64,000 nucleotides of DNA from the human T2T-CHM13v2.0 reference genome, Homo sapiens: NCBI RefSeq assembly GCF_009914755.1, contig NC_060935.1; one strand, written 5' to 3'. Below are positions 16,806 through 33,017 of the stretch, in pieces. Below the pieces are notes generated by a model. It was not told the origin of the DNA and made no database searches. It worked only from the letters and a program-made list of their open reading frames with translations. A program made the position numbers and the translations under genes. Each line of letters starts with the position of its first letter. The first letter of the stretch is position 1.

Positions 16806-19800
16806 ATAGCCTTTGTTTCTTCATCTCTAAAATGGGATTGATAGCTTACCTCACAGAGTTGTTATCATGATTAAATGAAATACATATATAAAGCATCTGG
16901 CATCCAATATGTGATCAAAAAGAACAAAACAAAAAAGGTAACTATTATTAACTCAAGTCTACTAAAAATCTCTACCAGGTAATATTGTGTTATAACATTG
17001 TTAGTATTAAAATAATGATATTTGATAATGCTATAACATTTTACATAGGGATTTTACATGTATTACATTATTTGATTCTCAGAGCAGGGCTGTAAAACAC
17101 AGAATAAAATATTATTCCTCTTAAAAGAGAGGAAGAAACTGAGGGTGAGAGAACTTAAGTGACTTGAACAACGGTCCAGACTAGAAAGTGTCAAAGAGTT
17201 CAGAGTCAAACCTAGTCCTTTTCCCACCACTAACATATCGATACTAAACACCCATTTAATGAACTATTAGGCATCAGGCATTATTTTAGGCCCTGAGAAT
17301 ACAGAGGTAGATAAGAAAGTCAAGGTTCCTGCCCTCATAGATCTTACATTCCCTGTTCTACTCTATAGAATTGGAAATAACAATTTAAACTTTTCATTAA
17401 ACATTTCTTTAGTCTGAATTAGCATGTTTTAAAATATTTTATGACTTGGAAATGCTACACTAACTTTGTCCAGATTCCTAAGTCCATTTCACTAGCAGTG
17501 ATGTAATACAAGGCAGAGGCATGGTTGTATGTTTCAGTGTTTGACTGGCTAAATACCAAGTAAATGCTCCATACATACACCAAACAATTGTTCATTGATT
17601 TTCACAATAGAGTTTGTGTCTTGAACTTCAAGCCTTAACAAAGGTTTGATAAGCACTATTCATCTCTCATCTTCTTGCATAAAGTTTAGTTGGTGAAATT
17701 CTGCCTTTTTTCCTAGAGTACAAAATTAAGCAGAAATAGAATAGGTAGAGTTTAGGGTGCTGCACTATTTAGGAATTGCTGGAATTACTTGATGCATGCA
17801 GGAAAAATGTGAGAACTTCATAACTGGTAGTCTATTGTGAAAATATTATTGTAGTAGGACTCAAAACAGACTAGAGTTCTATATTATATTTGACTGGATA
17901 CTGAAGCCTGAGAGCAGCTTATTTTCTAAAATAAGTACACAGTATGACTGTCAGAAGTGTTTCCCCCTCTCCAAAGTCTTTTTCTGAAAAGGAATGTTGG
18001 CTTAGTTCCTGATGACAGCTGAGTGGCCAAATTATGGTGCTTTAATAGACCATAAATATTTTAAAAAGCTGAGATGGGTATTTGCAAAGTGAGTTTCTGT
18101 TAAGGTACATGTATTCTACAGCCATCTTCACTCCTGCCTTTCAAAACAGGCAGTTGGTTGAGGAAAAAAAAAGATGCATAAATGTTGCTGAATGAACCTG
18201 GGAAAATCTGTCAAGAATTCCAAAAACTTTGAGACTGACAATACACCATTTTTTACATCTTAGAGTATAAGAAGTGATGTCTAACCTTTGCATTTATACA
18301 TCTAAGAATAGCAAAAACACTTTGCACTTTAAAGGCCTCCTATAAAGTCCCAAAGTGCTTCCGGACGGTTAGGTGATTCTTCCATAGCTATAAAATGGTT
18401 GTTAATTGCCTAACAACTAGCAAGTGCTCTGGAAATGGACATCCAGAGTGATCCTTAAAATATTATTTTAGTAGCATTGAGAAAAGCCTTGAAAAATAAA
18501 ATCTTATTCTGTTATTCCAAGCTTACTCAGTGCTATATTATTCAGATCAGGGTTCCCCTTACACACTTTGGGCAGGATGATAGGGGCTACTTCTCTATAT
18601 GAAGTCTTGAAATCATATGATTCAAGGTGATTCAAGGTGGAGGGAATTTAAAAATTAAAAAAATAATTCCAACAGTGAAATTCCTAAGGGTGAGTCTTTG
18701 CTCTTCTACCCACTAAGAATTCCGGCTTCCTCTTCCCAAAAGAACAGAAGAGTGGGGAAAGATTTGTGACAGCCAAAAGGACATGGTGTAGCAAGCCAAC
18801 TTGGAAGAGTTACTGGAGATGGCTTAGCAAATATTCATGCCTTTACTCAACTAAAACAAAAACAAAACAAGTCAAATTTGGGCATTTTTTATAGATCACA
18901 GGCTTTTGTTTGATCAATGCACTACATTTCTTTATGACAAAAGGTAACGACAATGATTTTGCATATTCCCAAATTTGGATAGTTGTCCAATTTAACAGTC
19001 TCAAGGAGCCTAACATGGTGCTGTGTGGGATGAAAAGAGGTTCAAAGTATGATCCCTGTCTTAAAATTAAGATACAGAATCTTCCAATTAATATGTATAT
19101 TTTCTAAAGTGGAGTCCTTAAACTGCTGGATCTCCTCAGAAGTCTTTTGAGGGTCCCAATATCATCCAAGCTTTGAGTTTCTCAAAAGAAAGAGTATATG
19201 ATACTAATAGGTCTACAATACTCATTACAATAGCTCTTCCCTCAATTCCCTTATACATTTGTAAATACTCCCTAAAGGAGGTAACCTAACCCTCACCCCT
19301 TCCCCGTGTTTAAGAACCACAGTGGCTTCCCAACACAGTTGAAATAAAATCCAAACCCCTTACACTGGCCTGTAAGACCCTCAGTGCCCTGCCTCCTTCC
19401 TACCTACTGACAATTTCTATGATGCATTCCTCAGACACACCTCACTCTTTCCTGCATCAGGGTATTTGTACTTGCTTTCTTTCCCTCTGGAATATTCTTT
19501 CCCCAATCTTCATTTGATTGGCTCCTTCTTATTACTGAGGTCTCAGCTCAAATGTCATTTCCTTGGAAATACCTTCTTAGATCACTCGCAGTAAGGACCC
19601 TCCTTCATTTACTCTCTTTTGAAAAAATTTCCTTGTAGCACTTATTATTGTCTGTCTCTCCCACTAGAATGTAAATTCTTTGAGAGCAAACATAACTTTT
19701 TTGCTTCTTGGTGTTGCTATAGATTTAGTCTAAGTTTGATATTTCTTTCAGCATGCCTGAAATTTTAGCAAGTTAGAGACAAATGTAGGCACTCAGGTTA

Positions 19801-20720
19801 CCATATAAGGCCTCTGCCCTCTTTGTTGTGTTGTGGCTTTAACCACTAGCTGGGTAGCTAGAGTGGCATTATTCTTGCTCTCACATACACAGGACACTTA
19901 TCTCTTCCTTAAGAGTGAGGAAGCATCTTTTTTTAAAGCCCCCATACTATTGCCCTTGCTTTTCTCTGGTTTGTATTGAGTCACATAGTATTCCTGGACC
20001 AATTCTGTGGTCAGAGTAATACCATACCTCCAGTAGGCTTTTATCCAGGTTTCTCAACAATTTTTCTAAGGGAAATTGCATTACACTCATCAGTGTCTTT
20101 CAAACAGTGGTCCATAACCTGAGAATGAATTAGGAAATTAACTCTTGGGTTATAACCATTACTTAAAAAATTAGACTATTAAATTTGAAACTGCATAACA
20201 TATATGACGAGTTAATACTGTTTTATGAAACTTTGGTGTATACACACAAACACACCTGGATCACCATATAAAATCTACTTGTGGATTGGAGTCAAAAAAA
20301 GCTTGAAAGCTACCATCTTGGACAAAACAGGTTGACTCCTAAAGCTGGAGTAGGGTCAGCTTCAGATTATGTAGGGAAAGAATGGACACCTGAAATAAAA
20401 TCAGGGTATGATTTAGAAGAGGAAAATACATGCTGAGGAGATAGCTAACAATTTCCGCTACAGCCTGCTTGATACTTTAGTTACTGTATTCCAATACAGT
20501 CATAACCAAACATTTTCATTTCCCCTCCAATGTCTTCTAAATTTCAAAGTATTTATCCATTCCAAAAAAGCACTTCATTCTTTCCATCCAACAAGTATCC
20601 ATGATGGGGCAACTCATAAATTTTATCATTTGGTTGGTGGAAAGTGTACATCTTATCACCCTAATCTTTACTTATGTTTAAATTTTGATCTTATGTGATA
20701 GGAACTTTAGAACTCAGCCC

Positions 20721-21291
20721 ATTTATTTATTTATTTTTTTGAGACAGGGTCTCATTCGGTCACCCAGGCTGGAGTGCAGTGATGCAATCACAGCTCACTG
20801 CATTCTCTATCTCTTGGGCTCAAGTGACTCTCCCGCCTCAACTCCTGAGTTGCTAGAACCACAGGCATGCACCACCACTCCTGGCTAATTTTTTTATTTT
20901 TGTAGAGACAAGGTCTCGCCATGTTGCCCAGGCTGGTCTTGAACTCCTGGGCTCAAGCAATCTTCCTACCTCAGCCACCTGAATAGCTAGGAATACAGGT
21001 GCAAGCCACCATGCTCAGCTAATTATCAATTTTTTTTTTAGAGATGGGGTCTTGCTATGTTGCCCAGGCTGGTCTTGAATTTCTGGCCTCAAGGAATCCT
21101 CCCACCTCAGCCTCCTGAATAGCTAGGACTACAGGTGCAAGCCACCATGCTCAACTAATGATCATTTTTTTTGTAGAGATGGGATCTTGCTATGTTGCCC
21201 AGGCTGGTCTTGAATTATTTTTGGCCTCAAAGAATCCTCCTTTGGCCTCTCAAAGTGTTGGGATTACAGGTGTGAACAACCACGCCAAGCC
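20721..21291 (-). mobile_element. AluJ with internal tandem duplication (four monomer-like units)
   Basis: three copies of tgttgcccaggctggtcttgaa at about 135-bp spacing. Confidence 0.85.
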
Positions 21292-21599
21292 GAGAGCTCA
21301 TTCTAGTTCAACATCTTTCACTTAAGAAACTAAGGCCTAGAAAGGGGAGTGAACTTACCTAAGGCAGTTAATTAGTAGCAGAACACGTCTCTTGACACCC
21401 ACTTAAGAATTCTTTCCATTGTACTAATTAACAGTATACTTATGCCAACTTTTAAAAATAAAGGTAAACAAACATGTAAGTTCCAGAGGCAGCTAGGTTT
21501 ACATAGCTAACAAATTCTTTCAAGAATTGTAGGTGACTTATATTTGGGGCAGCAAAGCTGCATTTTTAAGGCAACAGGGGAATTTATTAAAGAAATGCT

Positions 21600-21883
21600 G
21601 CTGGCTGGTGGCTCATGCCTGTAATCCCAACACTTTGAAAGGCTGAGGCAGGAGAATGGCTTGAGGCTAGGAGTTCCAGGCCAGTCCAGGTAACATACCA
21701 AGACCCAGTCTCTGCAAAAATAATAATAAAAAAGCTAGGCATGGTGGTCCATACCTGCAGTCCTAGCTGCTCAGGAGGTTGAGGTGGGAGGACACCTTGA
21801 GCCCAGGAGTGAGGTTACAGTGAGCTATGATTGTGCCACTGCACTGCAGCTGGGATAAGAGATCCTGTCTCTAAAAAAAGAAA
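21600..21883 (+). mobile_element. AluJ
   Basis: diverged Alu dimer. Confidence 0.8.
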
Positions 21884-23644
21884 TATTGCTTTTGAAGTGT
21901 TTGAAGGGCAAAGACTAGTTACTGCCTTATCTGTTTAAGTGAGGTTAAGGCAACCAGCATGCATCACCACACACAGCTAATTTTTGTATTTTTTTGTAGA
22001 GATAGGACTTCGCCATGTTGCGCAGGCTGGTCTCGAACCCGTGAGCTCAAGTGATCTGCCCATGTTGGCTTCCCAAAATGCTGAGATTAGAGGCGTGAGC
22101 CACTGCACTGGGCCAAAGTTAATTTTCGTAATGTTACATATAGTAGGAATTGTGTTTTACCTTAATACTTCACTTTTTAAGCTAGGAAACTCAATTCGCT
22201 GTTTACTTTTTATATTATTAGAAATTTACCAAGATTTATGAATGACACATCATACCCACAAAAAGCTTATGGTGTATTTTTGTATGTGGGGTGGTAGGGC
22301 AAGTCTAACTTATGAAATAATCATAATTAAGAAATCAAGGCAATTTCAATTATTGTAAATATAGGGATTAAAAGTGGGAAAGTCCTTTTGCGTTGGACAC
22401 AAGAGGGGCATTTTACTGTTTTATGCATGAGTTGGAAGAGTAGCTATCATTTGAGGGTGCCATGAGAATGTAATTTAGTCCCCAAATAGCTCTTCCATTT
22501 ATTAAATGGAATGCCATTCATTTCTTCCTCTAAGAGTTGTTCTCTCTTTTATGTGAAAGGGTTTGTCAGAGGTTTCCCTCCAGCTCCAGAGAGTGCTTCA
22601 TTATTACAGTCTCAGGGACATTACAGTGGCAGAAGGGTAACCAAAGGGCTTTGGAAGTATGGAAGAAAGGGAGGCTGGCAGTGCTTGTTACTTGGTTTCC
22701 TTTGGTTTTATTTAGAGAAAAAAAAGCCAATTCTGAAGGGTAGGTAGGGTTTAAATACAAAGGAAAAGAATCTTCTCTTTGGGATTCAGTCACGGTAACT
22801 ACATTTAGGTTAGGGTAATCTAGAACTAGTTGCTATCTGGAACTCGACTTGTCTGTTGTCCACCAGACCCACCTTCACGTACTAAAAGTCCATTCTCACT
22901 AGCTGTGCATGGTATCCATAATTTAGTCCTGATACGTTACAGATGAGGTGAACAGCTGGCATCAAGAACCAAAATGGGTAGGGTCAGCATTAAAAAGGTC
23001 TAGTAGCAGACAGCAGGGTCTCAGATAATGGACTTGGACTTAAGAGCAGGAATCTAGTCTCCAAGGAGGTTAGGGGAAAAGGACTGGAAAACAAGAATGG
23101 TTTTATATTTTAAGAGGCTGACATCTTGGACAAATAATCTAATGAAGGGCTCGAACTCAGCAATCACAGGAGTCTAGTTACCAGGCTTGAGGTATATGCT
23201 GGACACAGATATTAAGGAACTGCACATCCTTCTCAAACTAGGGTATAATTCTGGGACTAGTAAATAAAAAGCATTGCATATATAAGAAATTATGATACAT
23301 CTTCTAAGGAATTAGTAGTTGACAGCAATTTACTCTATATTTTACATGAAAATTAGTCATATTTTAAATTAGCCAATTTCGGTGAATTTAGAAGTAAACA
23401 CAAGACTTCAAAGAAATGTCCAGATTCTAGTAGGCAGTTTCAGGCTGTACTTCCAAGTCACTGTTTGTCTTAGAAAAGTTCAGAAGGCAATGATGGGAAA
23501 AAGCTCTGTATTTGGGAAAGACTTACTTTAAACTAAATCCTGCTAATTACCTATGACCTAGGTCAAGTCCAAAAATGACTGAATCCCATAAGATTGTTGT
23601 AAAGATTATAGATAAATACAAAGCAACTATTAAAGTGCCTGACA

Positions 23645-24472
<828 letters not shown>

Positions 24473-25149
24473 TTAGGAGCTTTATATTTATACATTCACA
24501 TTTAATCTTGATAACAACCCTTCAAAGGAGGCGTAATTGTAATTTTATAGATGAAACAACTGAGGTTCAAGTTCAGATTACCGTACATTACAAAGTAAAG
24601 TAGGTACTTGAACCTAGTCATTTTACCACATTCTGCCTTAATGGTGGGGGGTGGTACCTTTACTCCCTAAAATGGAAGTTTCAATAAATGAGATTAAATA
24701 ATGGTTATCTACAGTAGTTCTTGACTACAGGAGTAACAAATATTTAACACTGAGTTGGTGAACTGTGTTGCATGACGTGATGTAGGAAAAGTAGCCCAGA
24801 GACAGGAAATTCAGTCAGGAAATTTTTACAGTATTATAAGAACAAACTGATTTCTGGTCTAAGCATCTCTGACTACAGTAAAGTCTCATTAATTTATACT
24901 GCATGTGGAATTTACAATAATCTATATAGGAACTGAGAAAAAAACAAAGTATCTGAAAATACTCTTCACACTTCATCCCCTCTCCCTCAATAGTTCAGCC
25001 TGAATCATAAAACTATGACATTCCTCGATGACCTCTGCATAATGGCCACACTGAACTCTAGTTAATAGAGTAAGTGAGCCAAAAAACCCAAAGGGTAGCA
25101 GTGTGTACACCTGCTACCATACCAATCAATGAATGTAGGAAATCCCCCA

Positions 25150-25612
25150 TTCCATTTTTTGTTGGTTCACTTTCACCAACATGTTTTTCCTTTACTGAGC
25201 ATCTAATTTAGTAAAGCCTTTTTCCAGATTATGGAGACACAGATTTGGATAAGACTCAATAAGACTCTCTAAGAGCTTAGTCTGAAAACATTGGGAACCG
25301 TGAGACCATCAAGGAGTTCACAGTTGAGACAGACACAAACATTAAATACAAGTGTGAAACAGCATCAGAATAGGAAGATACAGAGAATGAAAGTACCTAC
25401 AAGTCAAAGTGTTGAAGCAAATAGGAGCCTACCAGAAAGTAAGATGGGGACAGAATCGCTTTTTGAGACCTGAAACGATAAAACAGTGTGATATGTTTAG
25501 GGAATGGCAAGAAGTTCCATGGGATTGGAGAGCTGCAGAGTAGACACGGAAAGATTGGTAGGGATTAGATCCTGAAGAGATATGTTAAGGGACTGGGACT
25601 TTATCTTGGGGA
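25150..25612 (-). mobile_element. Diverged L2 fragment immediately downstream of ZBED5
   Basis: L2-like motifs (caacatgtttttcctttactgagcatct; gggaatggcaagaagttcc; ggactttatct). Confidence 0.5.
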
Positions 25613-25748
25613 TCATTATTTCCCAGTTATGATCATGGAACTCTTTAAAATTACAATGTAAAGAAATACCAATAATAACACAATATGTTTAAAACGTTTG
25701 ATTCTTTAGCCTTCTTAAAATCTAAATAGTATAAAAAAATGGAATCAT

Positions 25749-25797
25749 TTTATTTAAATCCCCCAAATACCAGAGATGAAGTAAATCATCTTTTATT
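25749..25797 (-). terminator. ZBED5: ZBED5 polyadenylation signals
   Basis: two AATAAA on - strand (tttatt at 25749-25754 and 25792-25797), 47-90 nt after the stop codon. Confidence 0.7.
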
Positions 25798-25843
25798 TTC
25801 ATCTTACATTTGGTTATCATGAGACATGCAAACTCCTCCAATT

Positions 25844-28066
<2,223 letters not shown>

Positions 28067-28324
28067 CTTAAAGGTAGATTATCACATAAAAATAAAAGCT
28101 ATAGAAATGAGTTTAGCAGTCTTAATCTCATATTTAAATAAACATATTAAAATCAACCATAAAGAAAAACCAATATTAGCATCAATCATTTTCTCAAAAC
28201 ATTTATTAACTTAGAGAATATTAATATTCTATAAAACATAATTTGGGAATCACTGAGCCAATAAATTATTAAGAGTTGTTATACATATTTTTAAGAAAGG
28301 GACCCTGAAGAATATGTCCCATGG

Positions 28325-28502
28325 CAGGGGTTGGCAGGCTTTTTTTGGTCAAGGGCCATATAGTCTCTGTTGCAACTACTCAACTCTGTAGTTGTAACAT
28401 GACAGCAGCCATAGACAATACATGAAAGAATGGACACAGGTGTGTTCCAATAAAACTTTACGTACAAAACCAGACAGCATGGGCCATAATTTATCAGCCC
28501 TG
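28325..28502. mobile_element. MER58A-like hAT-Charlie MITE in ZBED5 intron 2
   Basis: caggggttggca...cagccctg; 8-bp TSD tcccatgg / tctcatgg. Confidence 0.85.
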
Positions 28503-29123
28503 TCTCATGGTATGTAGTATTGTGAAATCTCTTTTAGCTTTTGATGCCTACTGCCATTAGATGTATTAGTTGTTGATACTATTATATATCTGAAGTCCCT
28601 TCAGGGCTAGCAACAATTCTGAAGAAGTGAATTAAACACACACACAGTTCCAAGTTTTGCGAGATACATAATTCTACTGTATCCTAAATGTTATGCGTTA
28701 ACAATGAAGAATAAATTGTATATCAAAAGTTAGGTACTGTTTCTCTGGACTTAAATTATATAAATGTTTATATTATCCAAATTAAGACTCAATGAAAGTA
28801 ATGTATATTTTTACAGATAACTCTGCATTCTATTTATACAACAGGTGACGACTTAACCAGGACCTAAAAAAAAAAAATAAACTCTCATTTAAGAGGTTTA
28901 TTTCTCATATAATAAAACAAATCAAAATTAAAAGGATAATGCAATCTAAGGATTGCTAAAGAATACTATTAACTCTATAAATCAAGGCATACAAATTATG
29001 TCTGTCCAAATATAGCTACTTTTGATTTAAACTTTATAACCTGGCTATAGAGTAAGTTTTGTATTCTCATGTTAGATCTTGAGTCAAAATGGTTCTCCTA
29101 TTAAGGGGTAGAGGATGAGATAC

Positions 29124-29237
29124 CTGAAATAAGGTGTTCTCCTTTCTGTAATCCCTCTCTCCACCTTGGCAGCTTGAAATGCACTCTTCAAAAGAATAAA
29201 ATTAAGGGATGGGGTGGGAAGGGGAGTAACCAAAAGC
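29124..29237 (-). other. ZBED5: ZBED5 exon 2 (114 nt, 5'UTR), contains a GUG in strong context
   Basis: acceptor ttaatttttctcattctag|gc at 29237; donor ttcag|gtatct at 29124; gccaagGTGG at 29164. Confidence 0.75.
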
Positions 29238-30841
29238 CTAGAATGAGAAAAATTAAAATTAGATACAGTAACAAGCAGAACTAACTATAAACCCGTAAGA
29301 TGGGTTTATTCTTTCTGGATCTAAGCAGTGAAAATGATTCTTTACTGCAATGCAGATCTTGGACTGAAAGAGAAGACGCCTAGCATAGTAAAAATTCTAA
29401 CATTTTCATCCTGTTCAATATCTTGGCAATTTAGATGCTTTGAGATGTTCCCCCACCTACTGACTTCATAGAAACATGTTAAAACAACACCACCACCACA
29501 CTTTCTAGAACTTGAAACTAAGCCTAATTTTTAAAAGTACAACCTCATCAATGTCTCTAAAACTAGGTCTTGAATCTAAAATGGAATTATACATAGAACT
29601 ATTACATGAAGCAGTTCTTTCACTACAATCATTTTTAGCCCCCCAGTGACCAATCTCCTCAGGTAAACAATGTCTAATGACTGATGATTGTTTACTGTAT
29701 GCCAATTACTGCTAAATCCCTCACATAGATTATCTCATCTATGAAGACACAAGGATTATTAATAACCCCACTTTAGAGATAAACAGACACAGGTTAACAC
29801 ATCTCGCTAACACCTCTTGTAAGTGAAAAACCAAGTTCAGAGCCCAAAAAGTTTGACTGCATAGCCCATGTGTCTAGCCATTACTTGGGTGTTCCTGAAT
29901 ACTTTTAATTCCCCAACTACTAAAAAATCTCGTTACTAGGAGTTGGGTTATGCAGCGAAACGGATGAACAATGGATTATAACTGCCAGAAAGTCGAGGGT
30001 CTCATACTAGCAACAGCATAAAGCCCTGCTTCTTATTGGGAGCAAAAAAGCAGATTCTCCTTCCACAGTCTCCTTTTGGATTTTGCAACGGAGAACTCTG
30101 TGGAGCTGCTGGTTCACGTAAAAGATCAGGATCCCTCTCGTTGCCAGAGGACACAGAAGAGTAGGAAGCTTTTGTTTTCAGAAAGAAGGTCCTCAACCCC
30201 ACCTCTTCGAAGGTGTTTCCCCGAATTTCTCGAGGACAAAGAATCTGGACTCCTTTGAGAGTAAAGTTTCCTTTCCACTCCCTGAAGAGCGGGGAAAACT
30301 TCCGTCTTTAGTCTCCTTCCGGTTAAACTGACAAGTATCACAATCCTTTCTCCCCTATCTTCGGGCGGTTCCGGCTGGGAACAATACCCTCAGGGTCAGG
30401 AGGACAGGATCTGAGTGCAGGCCAGCCAAAAAGGTGGGAACAGATGCTCCTTCCAACACCTAAATGCTTTTTTAAACGGTCACCTGGATGTGCAGCCAGG
30501 GCCAACTATCCCTCAGCTCCTCCCTGTCACAGGTGCGCGCTGCCCACAGATTGCCACGACTGGGGGGCTCCCTACCAGTCGCAGCCCACCCTCGCCTCAG
30601 GTCTTCTCTCGCGTCCCCGGGCGGCCGCCTGCGCTAACGACCACATGAAAACGTCTCAGCACCCAACACCATCTCTCTATTTCATCTCCATCAGCGATGG
30701 AGAGAACGGATTTTGCCGCGGCTGGGCTGCACAGCAGCGCCGCGGTCCACAGCAGAGCCCGCGACCGCCATCTTAGGCAGTTCCAGGAAGCGGCCATTTC
30801 AGAGCGCACCGCTTAGCCGCGGCGGCGGCTCTGCTTCTCAC

Positions 30842-31070
30842 CTTCACCGAGGCCTGAACAGGGTCAACAGCCAGTCGTCGTGGACTGGAGGGGGAGGGGA
30901 GAGAGGGAGGGGAATGAAAAACAAAACAGAGAGGAAAGAAGGATTCGGGGACAGGGTGATGCTCTCAGCTCAGGGATATCGCCTAGGCCATCTCCATAGA
31001 GATCCGATTCGCGGCTGGCGCGGTCGCCGGTCTGAAGATAAATTTAGCACTCTAGAGCACCCGAACCCTA
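30842..31070 (-). other. ZBED5: ZBED5 exon 1 (5'UTR); 5' end approximate
   Basis: donor tcggtgaag|gtgaga at 30842, lies in the CpG island just downstream of CCAAT/GC boxes. Confidence 0.7.
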
Positions 31071-31267
31071 CAATCTTCACGAGCGACTCTGCCGCCGCCC
31101 AATCAGCGCCAGATTTGCGTCCCGCCACCAATCCGCGCTGAGCAGCGGGGCGGGACCAAAGGAAAGGACCAAGCTCGGTTGAGGCGCGGCCCAGCCGCAG
31201 CCGCAGTCACAGCCTCAGCCGCAGCGGCCGTGCTACCTAGGTGATAGCGGAGCGGCTGGGTAGGAAG

Positions 31268-31479
31268 CAATTGTTCTCAAACTTCACTAGCCCCGTCGGC
31301 GCGGACGCTTGTCGAGAATGCAGATTCCTGGGTACTGCCAGATACGGTTGGTGATCTTGTAGGGCTGGAGTGGAAGCCATGAATCTGCATTTTCATCATT
31401 TCTGGCCCTCTGCCCGGGCTGGGGTGATTCACGGGGATTCGTAGTGGCCCCAAAGGAGCACGCAGAACCTCGGCTGCTG
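31268..31479. mobile_element. MER5A-like hAT-Charlie MITE within the CpG island
   Basis: caattgttctcaaactt...gcttgtcgagaatgcagattcctggg...gtagggctggagtgg...gaatctgcatttt matches the MER5A layout. Confidence 0.65.
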
Positions 31480-32619
31480 TGCATTTATCACCTCTTTTGT
31501 TCCCGGAGGCCGCACCCCAGGTCCAGTTTACACAGCTGCCAACTCCTTTTCTTGGTTCCCACTGGAATCTAGGAAGAAAACTCGCCCTTTACTTCTCCGC
31601 CCCACACCCGACGACGGAGTGTCTAGAGGTCTGGTCGGCCTTGGCTGTGCGGAGGGCTAGGCCTGACGAGCGGGCGCTGATGCGGCGCAGACCCCGCCGG
31701 ACCTCTTGGTCGGCCCGGGGTAGGCTGGGGAGCCGCGGGAACAGGACTGGATAGGGAAAGCGGCACCGCAGCGTCCACGGGCAAGCTGAAAGTCCGCTTG
31801 ATGTCTTTGCATCACAGTGGCGCCCTCCCCGCAGGAACGCCCGGCCGCCTGCACCGAACGTTTGCCTGCAGGGAACGGCCAACCCGCCCTGAAATACTCT
31901 TTTTGTGGGCTGCAGCTTTCGGGTATTTTAAGCCATGGTTCTGTGCCCTTCCTTGTTTTCAAAAACACCACAGCCAAAGGCTGCGGGTTGTGTGCTTTCA
32001 TTTTGTGTTAAGTTCTGTGGTGGAGACCTGGAGTCTGTTTTTCCAAATAGGCACCTTGAAATAGATACGCTTCTTAAGCGGGGAAAGTACGAGTAGGTCC
32101 TATTATTTGCAATGTTTTAGCCTTTCCAGACTCCGTACAAATGACTAAATGAAGATTGGATCGTATTTTCAGGCACTGCACCAATGATAGAAAATTCTCA
32201 ACTTGGGGTCAAAAGCAAGGGCAGCTTTCGTTTTTCTTAAATATGCTTCTGATCAAATATCTAAAGTGTTGAAAGAAACCTAACCCTTAATAGCACAATT
32301 TACAGGAGTGCATAATTTCCTAGGACTGACATTTAGTTCCAAATGTTTTAAAGTCAATTACAACATCATCTCACCCTATAGTAAGCTGTCCATATATTCT
32401 CATTATTATTTTTAAATTATTTCTATTAAATCAGCTTCATTTGAACTTTAACCATAAATGCATAAATCGTTTTTGGGAAGGGGGTACAGTCGCGCTTGAA
32501 GAGCAAGGGATTTTGTCATTGCGGGAGTTGTCTGGCTTCAGAATAATATTGGAATAATATATTTTCGTGTTTCATATTTTAGAAAAACCTTTTACATATG
32601 TGCTCCCAAACCAATCTTT

Positions 32620-32895
32620 TTTTATTTTTTATTTTTTTTATTATTATACTTTAAGTTCTAGGGTGCACAACTTGCAGGTTTGTTACATATGTATACATGT
32701 GCCATGTTGGTGTGCTGCACTCGTTAACTCGTCATTTACATTAGGTATATCTCCTAGGGCTATCCCTCCCCCCTCCCCCCACCCCACGACAGGCCCTGGT
32801 GTGTGATGTTCCCCACCCTGTGTCCAGGTGTTCTCATTGTTCTATTCCCACCTATGAGTGAGAACATGTGTTTGATTTTCCTGTCCTTGCCATGG
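32620..32895 (-). mobile_element. Young L1PA 3' end (5'-truncated)
   Basis: ttattatactttaagttctagggt...; 18-bp TSD gctcccaaaccaatcttt (32602-32619 / 32896-32913). Confidence 0.93.
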
Positions 32896-33017
32896 GCTCC
32901 CAAACCAATCTTTACACATCTTGTTTACATCTTCATGAAGAGGGAAAACCCAAAATATTAAACTGTTAGGCAGAATAGTGTTTAAATAAGTACATCTAAA
33001 GTTTAGGAATTAGGTCC

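Larger units (their letters stand above)
30500..31900. promoter_or_regulatory. CpG island and bidirectional promoter (ZBED5 / ZBED5-AS1)
   Basis: High CpG density; CCAAT boxes 31099-31103 and 31128-31132; GC box ggggcggg 31147-31154; YY1-like ccgccatctt 30765-30774 and cggccattt 30791-30799. Confidence 0.9.

Noticed and set aside
17400-19100. Repeat-poor stretch with a 10-bp tandem (gattcaaggt x2)
   Set aside because: No ORF, splice structure or RNA gene can be supported; could be regulatory but untestable from sequence alone
30415-32064. Several 60-140 aa ORFs in the CpG island
   Set aside because: Expected in GC-rich, stop-poor sequence; no recognisable domain
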